Positions 20,411-30,315 of a stretch of DNA of 63,487 nucleotides are shown here, piece by piece. Both the position numbers and the translations under genes were made by a program. Where the stretch lies: contig CAJQNK010000066.1 in NCBI GenBank assembly GCA_905479655.1, forward strand, positions 1-63,487, in the 5' to 3' direction. Positions within the stretch are counted from its first letter, which is position 1; each line of letters begins with the position of its first letter. Source of the DNA: an uncultured bacterium (lineage in GTDB: Bacteria > Acidobacteriota > Thermoanaerobaculia > Multivoradales > JAHEKO01). The notes beneath the pieces are model-generated. The model was not told the DNA's origin. It did not search any database and saw nothing but the letters and a program-made list of their open reading frames with translations.

Positions 20411-21552
20411 CTCTCCAGGACCATCTGGTCACGGCGCACCAGGGCGCGGTTGCCGCGGCGACGGTCGGTGTCGAGCCCGTCGATCCACCCGTGGGCGGTC
20501 TTGGCGTCACAGTGCACCCGGCCGCGGCCGAGCACGCCTCCCTCCGGGGTCAGCAGCTCGACCACGTCGCCGCGGCGAAAGGTCCCGTCGATCCGGGTGA
20601 CGCCGGCGGCGAGCAGCGAGGCGTTGCGGTCGACCAGGGCGGCGACGGCGCCTTCGTCCAGGTGCAGGGCGCCTCGCGGGGTCGTGGCGTACGCCAGCCA
20701 GCGTTCCCGCGCGGTCAGGCCGGGACGCGCCGGCACCCAGGTCCCGACGTCGTCACCGGCCAGGATCGCCGGCAGGAGGCCCGGCCGGCGGCCGGTCGCG
20801 ATCACCACGTGGCAACCGGCGAACGCGGCGACCCGGGCCGCCTCCATCTTGGAGCGCATCCCGCCCCGTCCAGCGGCCGAGCCGGCGCCTCCGACCTCGA
20901 CGGATGTCGGCTCCTCGTCGAAGTCGAGACGGTGGATGAGGCCGGCGGTCGCGTCCCGCCGCGGGTCGCGTTCGAAGACGCCCTCGACGTCGGTCAGGAG
21001 CACCAGGAGGTCGGCCGCCAGCTTGGAGGCCACGAGCGCCGAGAGGCGGTCGTTGTCGCCGAAGACGCGCCGGCCGTCGCCCTCGAAGAAGGCGATCTCC
21101 TCGGTGGAGACGGCGTCGTTCTCGTTGATCACGGGCACGACGCCGCGCTCGAGCAGCGCTTGGAGCGTCGCACGCAGGTTGAGGTAGCGGCCCCGGTCGT
21201 CGAAATCGGACTGGGTCACCAGGATCTGGCCGCAGGTGAGTCCCAGGTGCGAGAGGCCCTCCTTGTACAGGTCGACGAGGCGGGTCTGCCCCACGGCGGC
21301 GCACGCCTGCCGCGTGACCGTGTCCGTGGGGATCTGCCCGAGTCCCAGCGCCTCGGCGCCGAGCCCCACGGCGCCCGAGGAGACCAGGAGCACCTCCTTG
21401 CCCTGCCGCCGCAGCGATCCGATCGCCTCGACGATGGAGAACAGGTGGGTCAGGGCGAGGCCACCGTGGTCGTGGGTCAGCACCCGGGTGCCGACCTTGA
21501 TCACGATCCTCTGGGCTGCGGTCACCTCCGGGCGAACGGCTCCGGGCTCCAC
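20401..21552 (-). CDS. proB: Glutamate 5-kinase with PUA domain
   Basis: VIKVGT, VSSGAV, INEND, FGDNDRLSA and GRGGM.SK motifs; GTG at 21552 with GGAGGAG 8 nt upstream. Confidence 0.93.
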   Translation of the reverse strand: MEPGAVRPEVTAAQRIVIKVGTRVLTHDHGGLALTHLFSIVEAIGSLRRQGKEVLLVSSGAVGLGAEALGLGQIPTDTVTRQACAAVGQTRLVDLYKEGLSHLGLTCGQILVTQSDFDDRGRYLNLRATLQALLERGVVPVINENDAVSTEEIAFFEGDGRRVFGDNDRLSALVASKLAADLLVLLTDVEGVFERDPRRDATAGLIHRLDFDEEPTSVEVGGAGSAAGRGGMRSKMEAARVAAFAGCHVVIATGRRPGLLPAILAGDDVGTWVPARPGLTARERWLAYATTPRGALHLDEGAVAALVDRNASLLAAGVTRIDGTFRRGDVVELLTPEGGVLGRGRVHCDAKTAHGWIDGLDTDRRRGNRALVRRDQMVLERCR

Positions 21553-21743
21553 GGGCTGGGCTCCTCCCCCTGCGTCGGCCCCGCGCCGGGTCGAACCTGC
21601 CGGGGCCTTTTCGTCGGAGTGCGGCAAGAGGGAAAATACCACAGGCCGGGGGTCGCTCCGACGGCGGCCCGCCCACCCTGGCTAAGATGCGGGTGTGCTC
21701 ACCGATGCTGGATCCGGAATCGAAGGGTGAGCTCGAGGATCCG

Positions 21744-24656
21744 ATGGGACCGCTCTCCCTGCCCCGAATCGCTGTCGCCGTCCTCGGCGTCGTGGCCGCC
21801 ATGGGCACCGCCGGGGGGGCCGCCGTGGAGGCCGTGGCCGAGCCCACGACGACTGAGCGCCTCGATCTCTCCGGCCGAGGCATGGACGACGCGGTCTCCT
21901 GGGAGTTCAAGGTCTCGGCCGGCCGCAGGGCGGGGGAGTGGTCGACCCTGCCGGTGCCGTCGTGCTGGGAGCTCCACGGCTTCGGCACCTACAACTACGG
22001 GCACGATGAGGATCCGTCCGACGAGGTGGGCTCCTATCGTCACGAGTTCCTCGTGCCGCCCGAGTGGGCGGGGCGCGTGGTGGAGCTCGTGTTCGACGGC
22101 GTCATGACGGACGCCGCGGTCCGGCTCAATGGGCGGGACCTGACGCCCACCCACCGGGGCGCCTTCTACCCCTTCCGTTACCGGGTCGACGAGCTTCTCG
22201 AGCTGCCCGGTCTCAACCTCCTGGAGGTCGAGGTGGCGAAACGCTCCGCGGACCGCTCCGTCAACCTCGCGGAGCGCGACGCGGACTACTGGGTGTTCGG
22301 CGGCATCTTCCGGCCGGTGTGGCTCGAGGCCCATCCCCGGCAGAGGATCGTCGACGCGGCGGTCGACGCCCGGGCCGACGGCCGTCTCAGCGTCTCGGTG
22401 GAGACCGGGGGCGTGGCGTCCGGGCCGCCGGAGGTCCGCGTCGAGGCCCGGGTCGAGACCGAGGCCGGTGAACCGCTCGGCGGGCCACTGAGCGCGAAGG
22501 TCGGGCCGGACGGCCTCGCGACCGTCGTCGGCCGCGTCGCCGGGGTCGAGCCGTGGTCGGCCGAGAGGCCGCGTCTCTACCGGCTCCGTCTGCGGCTCGT
22601 CGACGCCTCGAGCGGGTTGCTCCACCGGACCGAGGAGACGATCGGCTTCCGCACGGTCGAGGTCCGGCCGGGCGAGGGTCTCTACGTCAACGGGGTGAAG
22701 GTCATGCTGTGGGGTGTCAATCGCCACGCCTTCTGGCCGGACGCCGGCCGCACGACCAGCCCTGCGGTCAGCGCCCTGGACGTGGCCCTGATCCGCGGCG
22801 CCAACCTGAACGCCGTGCGCACGAGCCACTACCCTCCCGATCGTCACTTCCTGGAGGAGGCCGACCGCCGCGGTCTCTACGTCATCGACGAGCTGGCCGG
22901 CTGGCACGACGCCTACGAGACGGAGTTGGGCGCGGGCCTGGTGCGGGCGATGGTGCGCCGTGACCGGAACCACCCCTCCGTCGTTCTCTGGGCCAATGGC
23001 AACGAGGACGGTTGGAACCCGGAGCTGGACGACGACTTCGCCCGCCACGACCCCCAGGGTCGGACGGTGATCCACCCCCGGAGTCGCTTCGGCGGCTTCC
23101 AGACCCGTCACTACCCGAACTTCCGCGAGCTGCGCTCCCTCCTCGACGGCACGGAGTGGCGCGAGCGCTGGGAGGCGTGGCGCGACGGTCCCGCCGCCGT
23201 GATGCCGACCGAGGCCCTCCACGGCCTCTACGACGGCGGTCAGGCGGCCGGGCTCGAGGCGTTCGCGCGCCGCCTGGAGAAGTCGGAGCGGGGCGCGGGT
23301 CTGTTCCTGTGGTCGCTGTTCGACGAGGCCGTCGTGCGGAGCGACCGGGACGGGGCGTTGGACACCGACGGCAACCAGGCGGCGGACGGCTTGAGCGGAC
23401 CCTACCGTCAGCCCGAGGCGAGCTATGACGCGGTGCGGGAGATCCTCTCGCCCGTGCGTCTCCGCAGGATCGGCGGGAAGCTGGAGGTGGAGAACCGCTA
23501 CGCCTTCACGGACCTGGCGACGCTCGACTTCCGCTGGCGGCTCCTGCGCTTCCCGGAACCCGGGGAGGGCGACCCGAGGGTCGGTCCGGCGGAGCTCGCC
23601 GCGGGCAGCCTCCCCCTGGAGGGCGCTCCGGGTGAGGTCGTGACCGTCGCGCTGCCGCGCCCCGAGCTTCCGATCCGGGCGGATCTGCTCGCGGTCTCCG
23701 TCGCGGATCGCGAGGGGCGGCTCGTCGTCGAGCGGCGCTGGCCCCTGGTGACCCGGCGGAGCGTCGTGGAGCGCTGGATCGATCGGCGGGGCGGCCCGGC
23801 GCCGGCCACGCTGCGGCGGGAGGAGGGGCGGTACGTGCTGACGTCCGGCGAGGTCGAGGTGCGGATCGATGCCGCCACGGCGCGACTCCAGGCGCTCGTC
23901 CACGACGGGCACGCCCTGGGCCTCGCCGCGGGACCCCGCCCGCTGACGCCGACGGGCCGCACGGCCGTCGCGCGGCTCGACCGTCACCGAATCGTGTCGA
24001 TCGAGGCCTCGGAGGAGCGGTCCGGCGCCGTGAGGCTGCGGGCGCGGGGTGAAGGTGCGGTCGATCTCATCCAGTGGCGGCTCTACCCTTCGGGCTGGCT
24101 CCAGCTCACCTGGCAGATGCGGGCGCTGGGGCGGCGCCCCTTCGTCGGCGTCGGCTTCGACCTTCCCGAGGAGTCGGTCGAGGCCCTGACCTGGCTGGGC
24201 CCAGGCCCCTGGCGGATCTGGAACAATCGGACCGCCGGCGTGCCGCTGGGACTCTGGCGCAAGACGGCGAACGACACGGTCACCGGGCAGTCCTGGGAGT
24301 ATCCGGAGTTCCGTGGCTACCACGCCCCTCCCTGGTGGGCGACCGTCGAGACGACGGAGGGCGACCTGACGATCGTCTTCGGTCCCGGCGACCTCCATCT
24401 CCAGCTCCTCGCGCCGACGCCGTGGGACGAGCCGCGCCAGGCGACGGCCCCGTTCCCCGACGCCGGTCTCGGCTTCCTGGAGACCATCCCGGCCATGGGC
24501 ACCAAGTTTCACGCCTCCGGTGAGATGGGGCCCGCCTTCCGACCGACGGGGGGGCACGGGCTCTTCCGCGGTGAGGTCTACCTGCGCCCGGCCGCCGATC
24601 TCGAGTCCCCGACCCCCGAAGCCCAGACTCCCGAGACCCAGGCTCCCGAGCCGTGA
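21744..24656 (+). CDS. Glycoside hydrolase family 2 (beta-galactosidase-like), secreted
   Basis: Signal peptide; FDGVMTD, GGIFRPV, GVNRH, NAVRTSHYP and NHPSVVLW.NGNE motifs. Start uncertain (21687-21744). Confidence 0.88.
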   Translation: MGPLSLPRIAVAVLGVVAAMGTAGGAAVEAVAEPTTTERLDLSGRGMDDAVSWEFKVSAGRRAGEWSTLPVPSCWELHGFGTYNYGHDEDPSDEVGSYRHEFLVPPEWAGRVVELVFDGVMTDAAVRLNGRDLTPTHRGAFYPFRYRVDELLELPGLNLLEVEVAKRSADRSVNLAERDADYWVFGGIFRPVWLEAHPRQRIVDAAVDARADGRLSVSVETGGVASGPPEVRVEARVETEAGEPLGGPLSAKVGPDGLATVVGRVAGVEPWSAERPRLYRLRLRLVDASSGLLHRTEETIGFRTVEVRPGEGLYVNGVKVMLWGVNRHAFWPDAGRTTSPAVSALDVALIRGANLNAVRTSHYPPDRHFLEEADRRGLYVIDELAGWHDAYETELGAGLVRAMVRRDRNHPSVVLWANGNEDGWNPELDDDFARHDPQGRTVIHPRSRFGGFQTRHYPNFRELRSLLDGTEWRERWEAWRDGPAAVMPTEALHGLYDGGQAAGLEAFARRLEKSERGAGLFLWSLFDEAVVRSDRDGALDTDGNQAADGLSGPYRQPEASYDAVREILSPVRLRRIGGKLEVENRYAFTDLATLDFRWRLLRFPEPGEGDPRVGPAELAAGSLPLEGAPGEVVTVALPRPELPIRADLLAVSVADREGRLVVERRWPLVTRRSVVERWIDRRGGPAPATLRREEGRYVLTSGEVEVRIDAATARLQALVHDGHALGLAAGPRPLTPTGRTAVARLDRHRIVSIEASEERSGAVRLRARGEGAVDLIQWRLYPSGWLQLTWQMRALGRRPFVGVGFDLPEESVEALTWLGPGPWRIWNNRTAGVPLGLWRKTANDTVTGQSWEYPEFRGYHAPPWWATVETTEGDLTIVFGPGDLHLQLLAPTPWDEPRQATAPFPDAGLGFLETIPAMGTKFHASGEMGPAFRPTGGHGLFRGEVYLRPAADLESPTPEAQTPETQAPEP

Positions 24657-25351
24657 CCCCCGACCCCTGTCCCACCACCCGCGCCGCCGCGGCGACCGAG
24701 GGCGTCGTCAAGTTCCACTGCGAGCACGACGACGGAGTGCTCGATCCGCGGCTCTACGGCGAGGTCGTCTGCCGCCTCGTCGCCTGGCGCGAGATCCTGG
24801 CGCTGACCGGCCTGGTGGGCCGCGATCCGGAGCGCTACGGCGGCGCGGCCTACGGCAACGTGAGCGCCCGGGTGGGCCGGCCCTCGGCGGGCCGGGGTCG
24901 CCGCGCCTTCCTCGTGACGGGCACCGGCACCTCCGGGAAGCGCCGCCTGGGTCTCTCCGACTTCGCCCGCGTCGACCGTTGGGAGACCGAGGCCAACCGG
25001 GTGCGGAGCCGGGGGCCGGTCCGGCCCTCGTCGGAGTCCATGAGCCACGGCGCCGCCTACGATCTGGGTCCCTGGGTGCGCTGCGTCTTCCACGTCCACA
25101 GTCCGGTGCTGTGGCGTCGGGCGGAAGCCCTCGGCCTCCCCGTCACCTCCCCCTCGGTGCCCTACGGCACCCCGGCCATGGCCCGGGAGGTCGAGCGCCT
25201 CGGCTCCTCCGGCCTCGTCCAGTCCCGCCCGTTGCTGGCGATGGGCGGCCACGAGGACGGCCTCCTGGCCTTCGGGCGCTCGCCGGAGGAGGTGGGGAAG
25301 CTCCTGCTCGAATGGCTGGCGCGGGCGTACGAGGCGGAGTGCCGGGCGTAG
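24653..25351 (+). CDS. Class II aldolase/adducin family protein
   Basis: EGVVKF, YGNVS.R, PSSE...H, HVHS and MGGHEDG motifs; GTGA overlap with the GH2 gene. Confidence 0.8.
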   Translation: MTPDPCPTTRAAAATEGVVKFHCEHDDGVLDPRLYGEVVCRLVAWREILALTGLVGRDPERYGGAAYGNVSARVGRPSAGRGRRAFLVTGTGTSGKRRLGLSDFARVDRWETEANRVRSRGPVRPSSESMSHGAAYDLGPWVRCVFHVHSPVLWRRAEALGLPVTSPSVPYGTPAMAREVERLGSSGLVQSRPLLAMGGHEDGLLAFGRSPEEVGKLLLEWLARAYEAECRA

Positions 25352-25372
25352 GGTGCGCCGCAGGGTCCGGCG

Positions 25373-25708
25373 TTGGTGTTCCGAAACCGGCACGCCCTCG
25401 GCATGCTGGTCGCCTACCTCCCGGGGAGCGATCTGATGTTCGTGAGCGACCTCGTGACTCCGGAGCCGCTGGAGGTCTAACCTCGTGACTCCCACCGGTA
25501 CCTCGATCGTTGGTTCGCCATCTGGCTCGAGCGCAGCGAGTTGGCGCCGGAACGCACCTTCTCCATGCACGGGAACCCCTTCGTCACCCCCCTCCAATTC
25601 GACCGGGCCCTGGACCGGGTCGACCGCGACGGAAACCCCATGCCGCAGCGGTGGGAACCAGACCCCGCCCTCTCGGCGGAAGAGAACGAGCCCGAGCCCG
25701 ACTCGTAG
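25373..25708 (+). pseudogene. 3' remnant of an MBL-fold metallo-hydrolase with an internal stop
   Basis: The frame reads HALGMLVAYLP..LMFVSDL...*(TAA 25478-25480)...FSMHG, resembling the C-terminal MBL motifs; no 5' half is present. Confidence 0.55.
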
Positions 25709-25842
25709 ATCCGTCGAGGCCTCCGCGAGATGGCTGGCACTTCGATAGCCCTGATCGGCCCTGATCGGCAGCGGCGGCAGGACTCTGATCGACGCGGCCC
25801 TGCCCGTCCTTCGGGAGCACGAGGGTCCGGACGGTCCCCGGG

Positions 25843-27609
25843 TCAGGGAGCGGGATCTACGGGTCGGGTCTCGTCCGTCGCGACCCGCACGTGTTCGATG
25901 GCGAAATCGAGGGCCCGGTCGAAGTGGCGCCGGATGGCCACGACCCCTCGCCGACGACGCCAACCGGCCTGGATCAGAGCGCGCAACGGCTGGCGATCGA
26001 CGCCGGCGAGCACGACGAGGACTCCTGCCCGGCGCATGCGCTCGACGGCCGACTCCAGGTTGACCAGTCCCGTGGCGTCGAGGACCGGTACCGACCGGAG
26101 GTCGAGGACGACGGCGCGGACGCCGGGGTCGACCGAGTGCAGGGTCCGCATCGCCCGCGCCGCGGCCCCGAAGAAGAGGGGTCCGGTCACTTCATACAGC
26201 ACGATTTCGGGCGGCAGGGTCCTGCCGAGGCGACGATGCGGCTCGGCGATCAGAGTGACTTCTGAGACCTCGGCCATGCGGCGCATGAAGAGCAGCGCCG
26301 CGAGGACGATGCCGACGGTCACCGCTACGGCCATGTCGAAGATGACGGTGAGGACCAGGCAGACGAGCAGGACCGTCGCGTCGCTGCGCGGTGCAGTCCG
26401 GGCGGTCCGTACGACGTGGGGCAGCTCACTCATGTTCCAGGCGACGACCAACAGGAGGGCGGCGAGCGAAGCCATGGGCAGGTAGCCGAGCCAGGGTGCG
26501 AGCAGGAGGACCGCGGCGAGGAGCACGGTGGAGTGGGCGAGGGCCGCGATCGGCGAGCGCCCGCCGGATCGGACGTTGGTCGCGGTCCGGGCGATGGCCC
26601 CCGTGGCGGCGATCCCACCGAAGAAGGGTCCTATCAGGTTGCCGATCCCCTGAGCGAAGAGCTCGACGTCCGGGTCGTGCTCACGCCGGATCATCCCGTC
26701 GGCCACGACGGCCGACAGGAGCGACTCGATCGCCCCGAGCACGGCGATCGTCAAAGCGGCGGGCAAGAGGTCCCGGAGGAGGTCGAGGGAGATTCCGATC
26801 GGCGCCCCGTCGCCCCCCGGCAGGCTCCAGGGGACCGCGAACAACGGCGGGAGACGGGGGATGCCCGTGTGGATCACCCCTCCGATCTCGTACGTGAATC
26901 GCGTTCCGATCGTCGCGACGGTCCACTCGGGGCCCAGGAGCGGCGGGAGGACGGCCGCCACCAGGGCGCCCGTGGCCAGGCCCACCAGCGGCGCCGGAAC
27001 CGAGCGCTCCAGATGGGGCCAGCCGACGAGGATCACCAGCGTCAACACTCCGATCGCGATTTCAGGGCCGCGGGCCGAGGGCAGGGAGCGGAGGAGGACT
27101 CCGACCTTGTCGACGAAGTGCTCCGGGAGGGGGCCGGTCGTAAGACCCAGGAAGTCCTTCAGCTGGAGGGTCGCGATGACGATCCCGATGCCCGCGGTGA
27201 AGCCCGCCGTCACCGGGTAGGGGACGAGCTCGATCAGGCGTCCGAGACCGCTGAGGCTCATGATCATGAGAATCCCGCCCGCCAGGACCGTCGCGATCAG
27301 CAGACCTCCCAAGCCGTGGCGAGTCGTGATCGGGGCCAGCACGACGACGAATGCGGCGGTCGGGCCGGAGACCTGGACGCGCGAGCCACCGAGGATCGCG
27401 ATGGTCGCTCCGGCGACGATCGCCGTGTAGAGCCCGTGCTGGGGCGGCACCCCGACCGCGATGGCCAACGCCATCGAGAGCGGCAGGGCGACCACCCCGA
27501 CCACGGCGCCGGCGAGCAGGTCGGCGCGCAGCTGCGCCAGCCCATAGCCCTCGCGGAACGACTTGCGCAGCGCAATGGCCGGTTGAAACCGGGCGGGTGT
27601 TTCCTTCAC
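25843..27609 (-). CDS. dauA: SulP family transporter, DauA-like C4-dicarboxylate transporter with STAS domain
   Basis: ALPLSMALAIA, GLYTAIVAG, SGPTAAF, GAIESLLSA, TGAIARTATN, GPLFFGAA and LDATG motifs; GTG at 27609 with GGAGG upstream. Confidence 0.85.
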   Translation of the reverse strand: MKETPARFQPAIALRKSFREGYGLAQLRADLLAGAVVGVVALPLSMALAIAVGVPPQHGLYTAIVAGATIAILGGSRVQVSGPTAAFVVVLAPITTRHGLGGLLIATVLAGGILMIMSLSGLGRLIELVPYPVTAGFTAGIGIVIATLQLKDFLGLTTGPLPEHFVDKVGVLLRSLPSARGPEIAIGVLTLVILVGWPHLERSVPAPLVGLATGALVAAVLPPLLGPEWTVATIGTRFTYEIGGVIHTGIPRLPPLFAVPWSLPGGDGAPIGISLDLLRDLLPAALTIAVLGAIESLLSAVVADGMIRREHDPDVELFAQGIGNLIGPFFGGIAATGAIARTATNVRSGGRSPIAALAHSTVLLAAVLLLAPWLGYLPMASLAALLLVVAWNMSELPHVVRTARTAPRSDATVLLVCLVLTVIFDMAVAVTVGIVLAALLFMRRMAEVSEVTLIAEPHRRLGRTLPPEIVLYEVTGPLFFGAAARAMRTLHSVDPGVRAVVLDLRSVPVLDATGLVNLESAVERMRRAGVLVVLAGVDRQPLRALIQAGWRRRRGVVAIRRHFDRALDFAIEHVRVATDETRPVDPAP

Positions 27610-27702
27610 GTCTTCCTCCGGAACCCGCGATCGGACGAGAATCGAGCCGATCGCCGTCTTTTGCGAGCAGCATAGCGAGGAGCAGCGGGCGACGTGGTCA
27701 CT

Positions 27703-27747
27703 CTCTCTTGGCGTCTTCGCGTCTTCGCGTCTTCGCGTCTTCGCGTG
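27703..27747 (-). repeat. 8-bp tandem array (GCGTCTTC)x4, inverted relative to 11898-11926
   Basis: Four exact units at 27711-27742, in the divergent intergenic region between dauA and the methyltransferase gene. Confidence 0.8.
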
Positions 27748-27854
27748 CCGATCTGTTTCCGGACCCGGGGCGCCGCACACGGCCCGGCGCAGGTTCTCCG
27801 CGCGAGGTCGGGTTGCTACACTCCCGCTTTGCCGGTCATGAGGAGGAGGGGACG

Positions 27855-28595
27855 TTGGCTCTTCGGGAGGAGCTCCGAGAGCAGGGCACGTGGCTTTTCA
27901 AGTGGCGAGGGTACTTCCCGTTTGTCCTCGTGGTGTTCTTCGCCTGGGCGCTCGTCGAGTACGAGCCCTTCTCGCGTAGAGAGAGGCTGGACGAGATCGC
28001 GGCCGTCCTCTGCCTCCTCGTCAGCGCGTTCGGGATGTTCCTGCGCGCCGTGACCCTCGGCTACGCTCCCCGCGGCACCTCGGGGCGCAACACCCGGCGG
28101 CAGATCGCGACGGAGCTGTCGACGACCGGCATGTACTCCGTCGTCCGGCACCCGCTCTACCTGGGCAACTTCTTCCTGGGTCTCGGCGTGGTCCTGTTCC
28201 TCAACCACCTCTGGTTCGCAGTCGTCTACTGCCTCGGCTTCGCCCTGTTCTACGAGCGGATCATGGCGACCGAGGAGACCTTCCTGCGCGAGAGCTTCGG
28301 CGCTCCGTACGAGGAGTGGGCCGGGAGGACGCCCGCCTTCTTCCCCCGGTTCTCGGGCTGGCGCGGGCCGGAGCTGCCGTTCTCGATGCGCAGCGTCCTG
28401 CGCCGCGAGCACCACGGCCTGGTCGAGGTGGTCGCCATCTTCTTCGTCCTGCGGGTCGCCACCGACTTCGTTTCCCGGGAGCGCTTCGTGCTGCGACCGG
28501 GCTGGATCGCCTTCCTCGTCGTGGGCCTCGTCGCCTGGATCACGCTCCGGTTCCTGAAGAAGCGGACGGGCGTCCTGGATGTCGAAGGTCGGTAG
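27855..28595 (+). CDS. ICMT-family membrane methyltransferase, LmtA (lipid A phosphate methyltransferase)-like
   Basis: ALREE...QG.WLF.WR.Y.P, GTSGRNT, TTGMYSVVRHPLYLGN and YERI..EE.FL motifs; TTG start after GAGGAGG. Confidence 0.8.
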   Translation: MALREELREQGTWLFKWRGYFPFVLVVFFAWALVEYEPFSRRERLDEIAAVLCLLVSAFGMFLRAVTLGYAPRGTSGRNTRRQIATELSTTGMYSVVRHPLYLGNFFLGLGVVLFLNHLWFAVVYCLGFALFYERIMATEETFLRESFGAPYEEWAGRTPAFFPRFSGWRGPELPFSMRSVLRREHHGLVEVVAIFFVLRVATDFVSRERFVLRPGWIAFLVVGLVAWITLRFLKKRTGVLDVEGR

Positions 28596-28661
28596 GGAGC
28601 CGGCCGGTCCGCCGCGTCGAGGACGCCCCATCGCCCACCCGACCCCTTGGAGATCGCCATC

Positions 28662-30266
28662 ATGACTCGCCCACTACGTCTCGCCCTGCCTCCCGCCGCC
28701 CTGCTCGTGCTCCTGTTCGCTCCGCCGGCCCCGGTCTCGGGTGCCCCGGTCTCCGGCGCCCCGGAGGAGGCGACGGAGGAGATGGCCGCCGCCAAGGCCG
28801 AGGAGAGAGACCTTCCCGAGCGCATCCTGCCGGCCGACACGGCCATCACCCGCACCGCGGAGGCCACGATCGGTGGCCGGCGGGTCCCCTACCGGGTGAC
28901 CACCGGCACCCAGCCGGTCTACGGCGAGGACGGCAAGACCCTCGCCGCCCTGCACCACACCTACTACCAGCGCACCGACGTCACCGACGTCGGGCGGCGG
29001 CCCCTCTTCATCTCCTTCAACGGCGGCCCGGGCTCCGGCTCGCTGTGGATGCACCTGGGCTACACGAGCCCGAAGCTCCTGGTGGTCGACGACGAGGGCT
29101 TTCCCATCCAGCCCTACGGCGTGCGGGAGAATCCCCACTCGATCCTCGACGTGGCCGACATCGTCTACGTCAACCCGGTCAACACGGGCTTCTCGCGCAT
29201 CCTCGACCCCGAGGTCGACCGCTCGACCTTCTTCGGCGTCGAGGCGGACGTCACCTACCTCGCCGACTGGATCGATCTGTTCGTCTCCCGCCACGGGCGC
29301 TGGCGGTCGCCGAAGTACCTGATCGGAGAGAGCTACGGGACCACCCGGGTCTCCGGCCTCGCCGGCATGCTGCAGGATCGGCACTGGATGTACCTCAACG
29401 GGGTCATCCTGGTCTCGCCCACCGGCCTGGGGATGACCGCCGAGGGCCCCGCCCCCCGCTCGGCGGTGCTGAAGATCCCGTACTACGCTGCCGCCGCCCA
29501 CTACCACGGGCAGCTCGAGCCGGAGCTCCAGGGGCGCGAGCTGCTGGACCTGCTGGCCGAGGTCGAGGAGTTCACCCTCGACGAGGCCCTGCCGGCCTTC
29601 TCGCGCGGCGGCTTCCTGGAGGACGGGGAGCGGCGGGAGATCGCCCGCCGGATCGCCCGCTACGCCGGCCTGAGCGAGCAGTTCGTTCTCGACCACAACC
29701 TCGCCGTGCCGTCGGACGCCTTCTGGAAGGAGCTGCTTCGCGACGAGGGGTTCACCATCGGCCGCCTCGACTCGCGCTACCTCGGCATCGACCGCAAGGC
29801 CGCCGGCGACCGCTACGACTACCCGCCGGAGCTCACCTCCTGGAACCACGCGTTCGCCCCGGCGATCAACCACTACCTGCGTGAGGAGCTCGGCTTCGAG
29901 ACCGACCTCCAGTACTACCTGTTCGGTCCGGTGCGGCCGTGGGAGGGACGCGGCGAGGTCGACGTGGCCGAGGAGCTACGCCGGGCCATGGCCCAGAACC
30001 CGTTCCTCCACGTCATGGTGCAGTCCGGCTACTACGACGGCGCCACCGACTACTTCACGGCGAAGTACGTGCTGTGGAACCTGGACCCCAGCGGCAGGCT
30101 CCGCGACCGTCTACGCTTCGAGGGCTACGAGAGCGGCCACATGATGTACCTGCGCAGCGAGGACCTGGCCCAGGCCAACCAGCACATCCGCGACTTCATT
30201 GAGGCGACGATGCCGGCGGATGGCGAGGCGGCGGGCTACCGGCGCCCGGCTACGGGCGGCAAGTGA
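28662..30266 (+). CDS. Peptidase S10 serine carboxypeptidase, secreted
   Basis: FNGGPGS, NPVNTGFS, GESYG, GYYDGAT and SGHMMY motifs; signal peptide. Confidence 0.92.
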   Translation: MTRPLRLALPPAALLVLLFAPPAPVSGAPVSGAPEEATEEMAAAKAEERDLPERILPADTAITRTAEATIGGRRVPYRVTTGTQPVYGEDGKTLAALHHTYYQRTDVTDVGRRPLFISFNGGPGSGSLWMHLGYTSPKLLVVDDEGFPIQPYGVRENPHSILDVADIVYVNPVNTGFSRILDPEVDRSTFFGVEADVTYLADWIDLFVSRHGRWRSPKYLIGESYGTTRVSGLAGMLQDRHWMYLNGVILVSPTGLGMTAEGPAPRSAVLKIPYYAAAAHYHGQLEPELQGRELLDLLAEVEEFTLDEALPAFSRGGFLEDGERREIARRIARYAGLSEQFVLDHNLAVPSDAFWKELLRDEGFTIGRLDSRYLGIDRKAAGDRYDYPPELTSWNHAFAPAINHYLREELGFETDLQYYLFGPVRPWEGRGEVDVAEELRRAMAQNPFLHVMVQSGYYDGATDYFTAKYVLWNLDPSGRLRDRLRFEGYESGHMMYLRSEDLAQANQHIRDFIEATMPADGEAAGYRRPATGGK

Positions 30267-30315
30267 GCGCCGGCCGGCGCTCCACAGGGCCCGTGCGGCC
30301 CGGGGCGGCAGCGCG

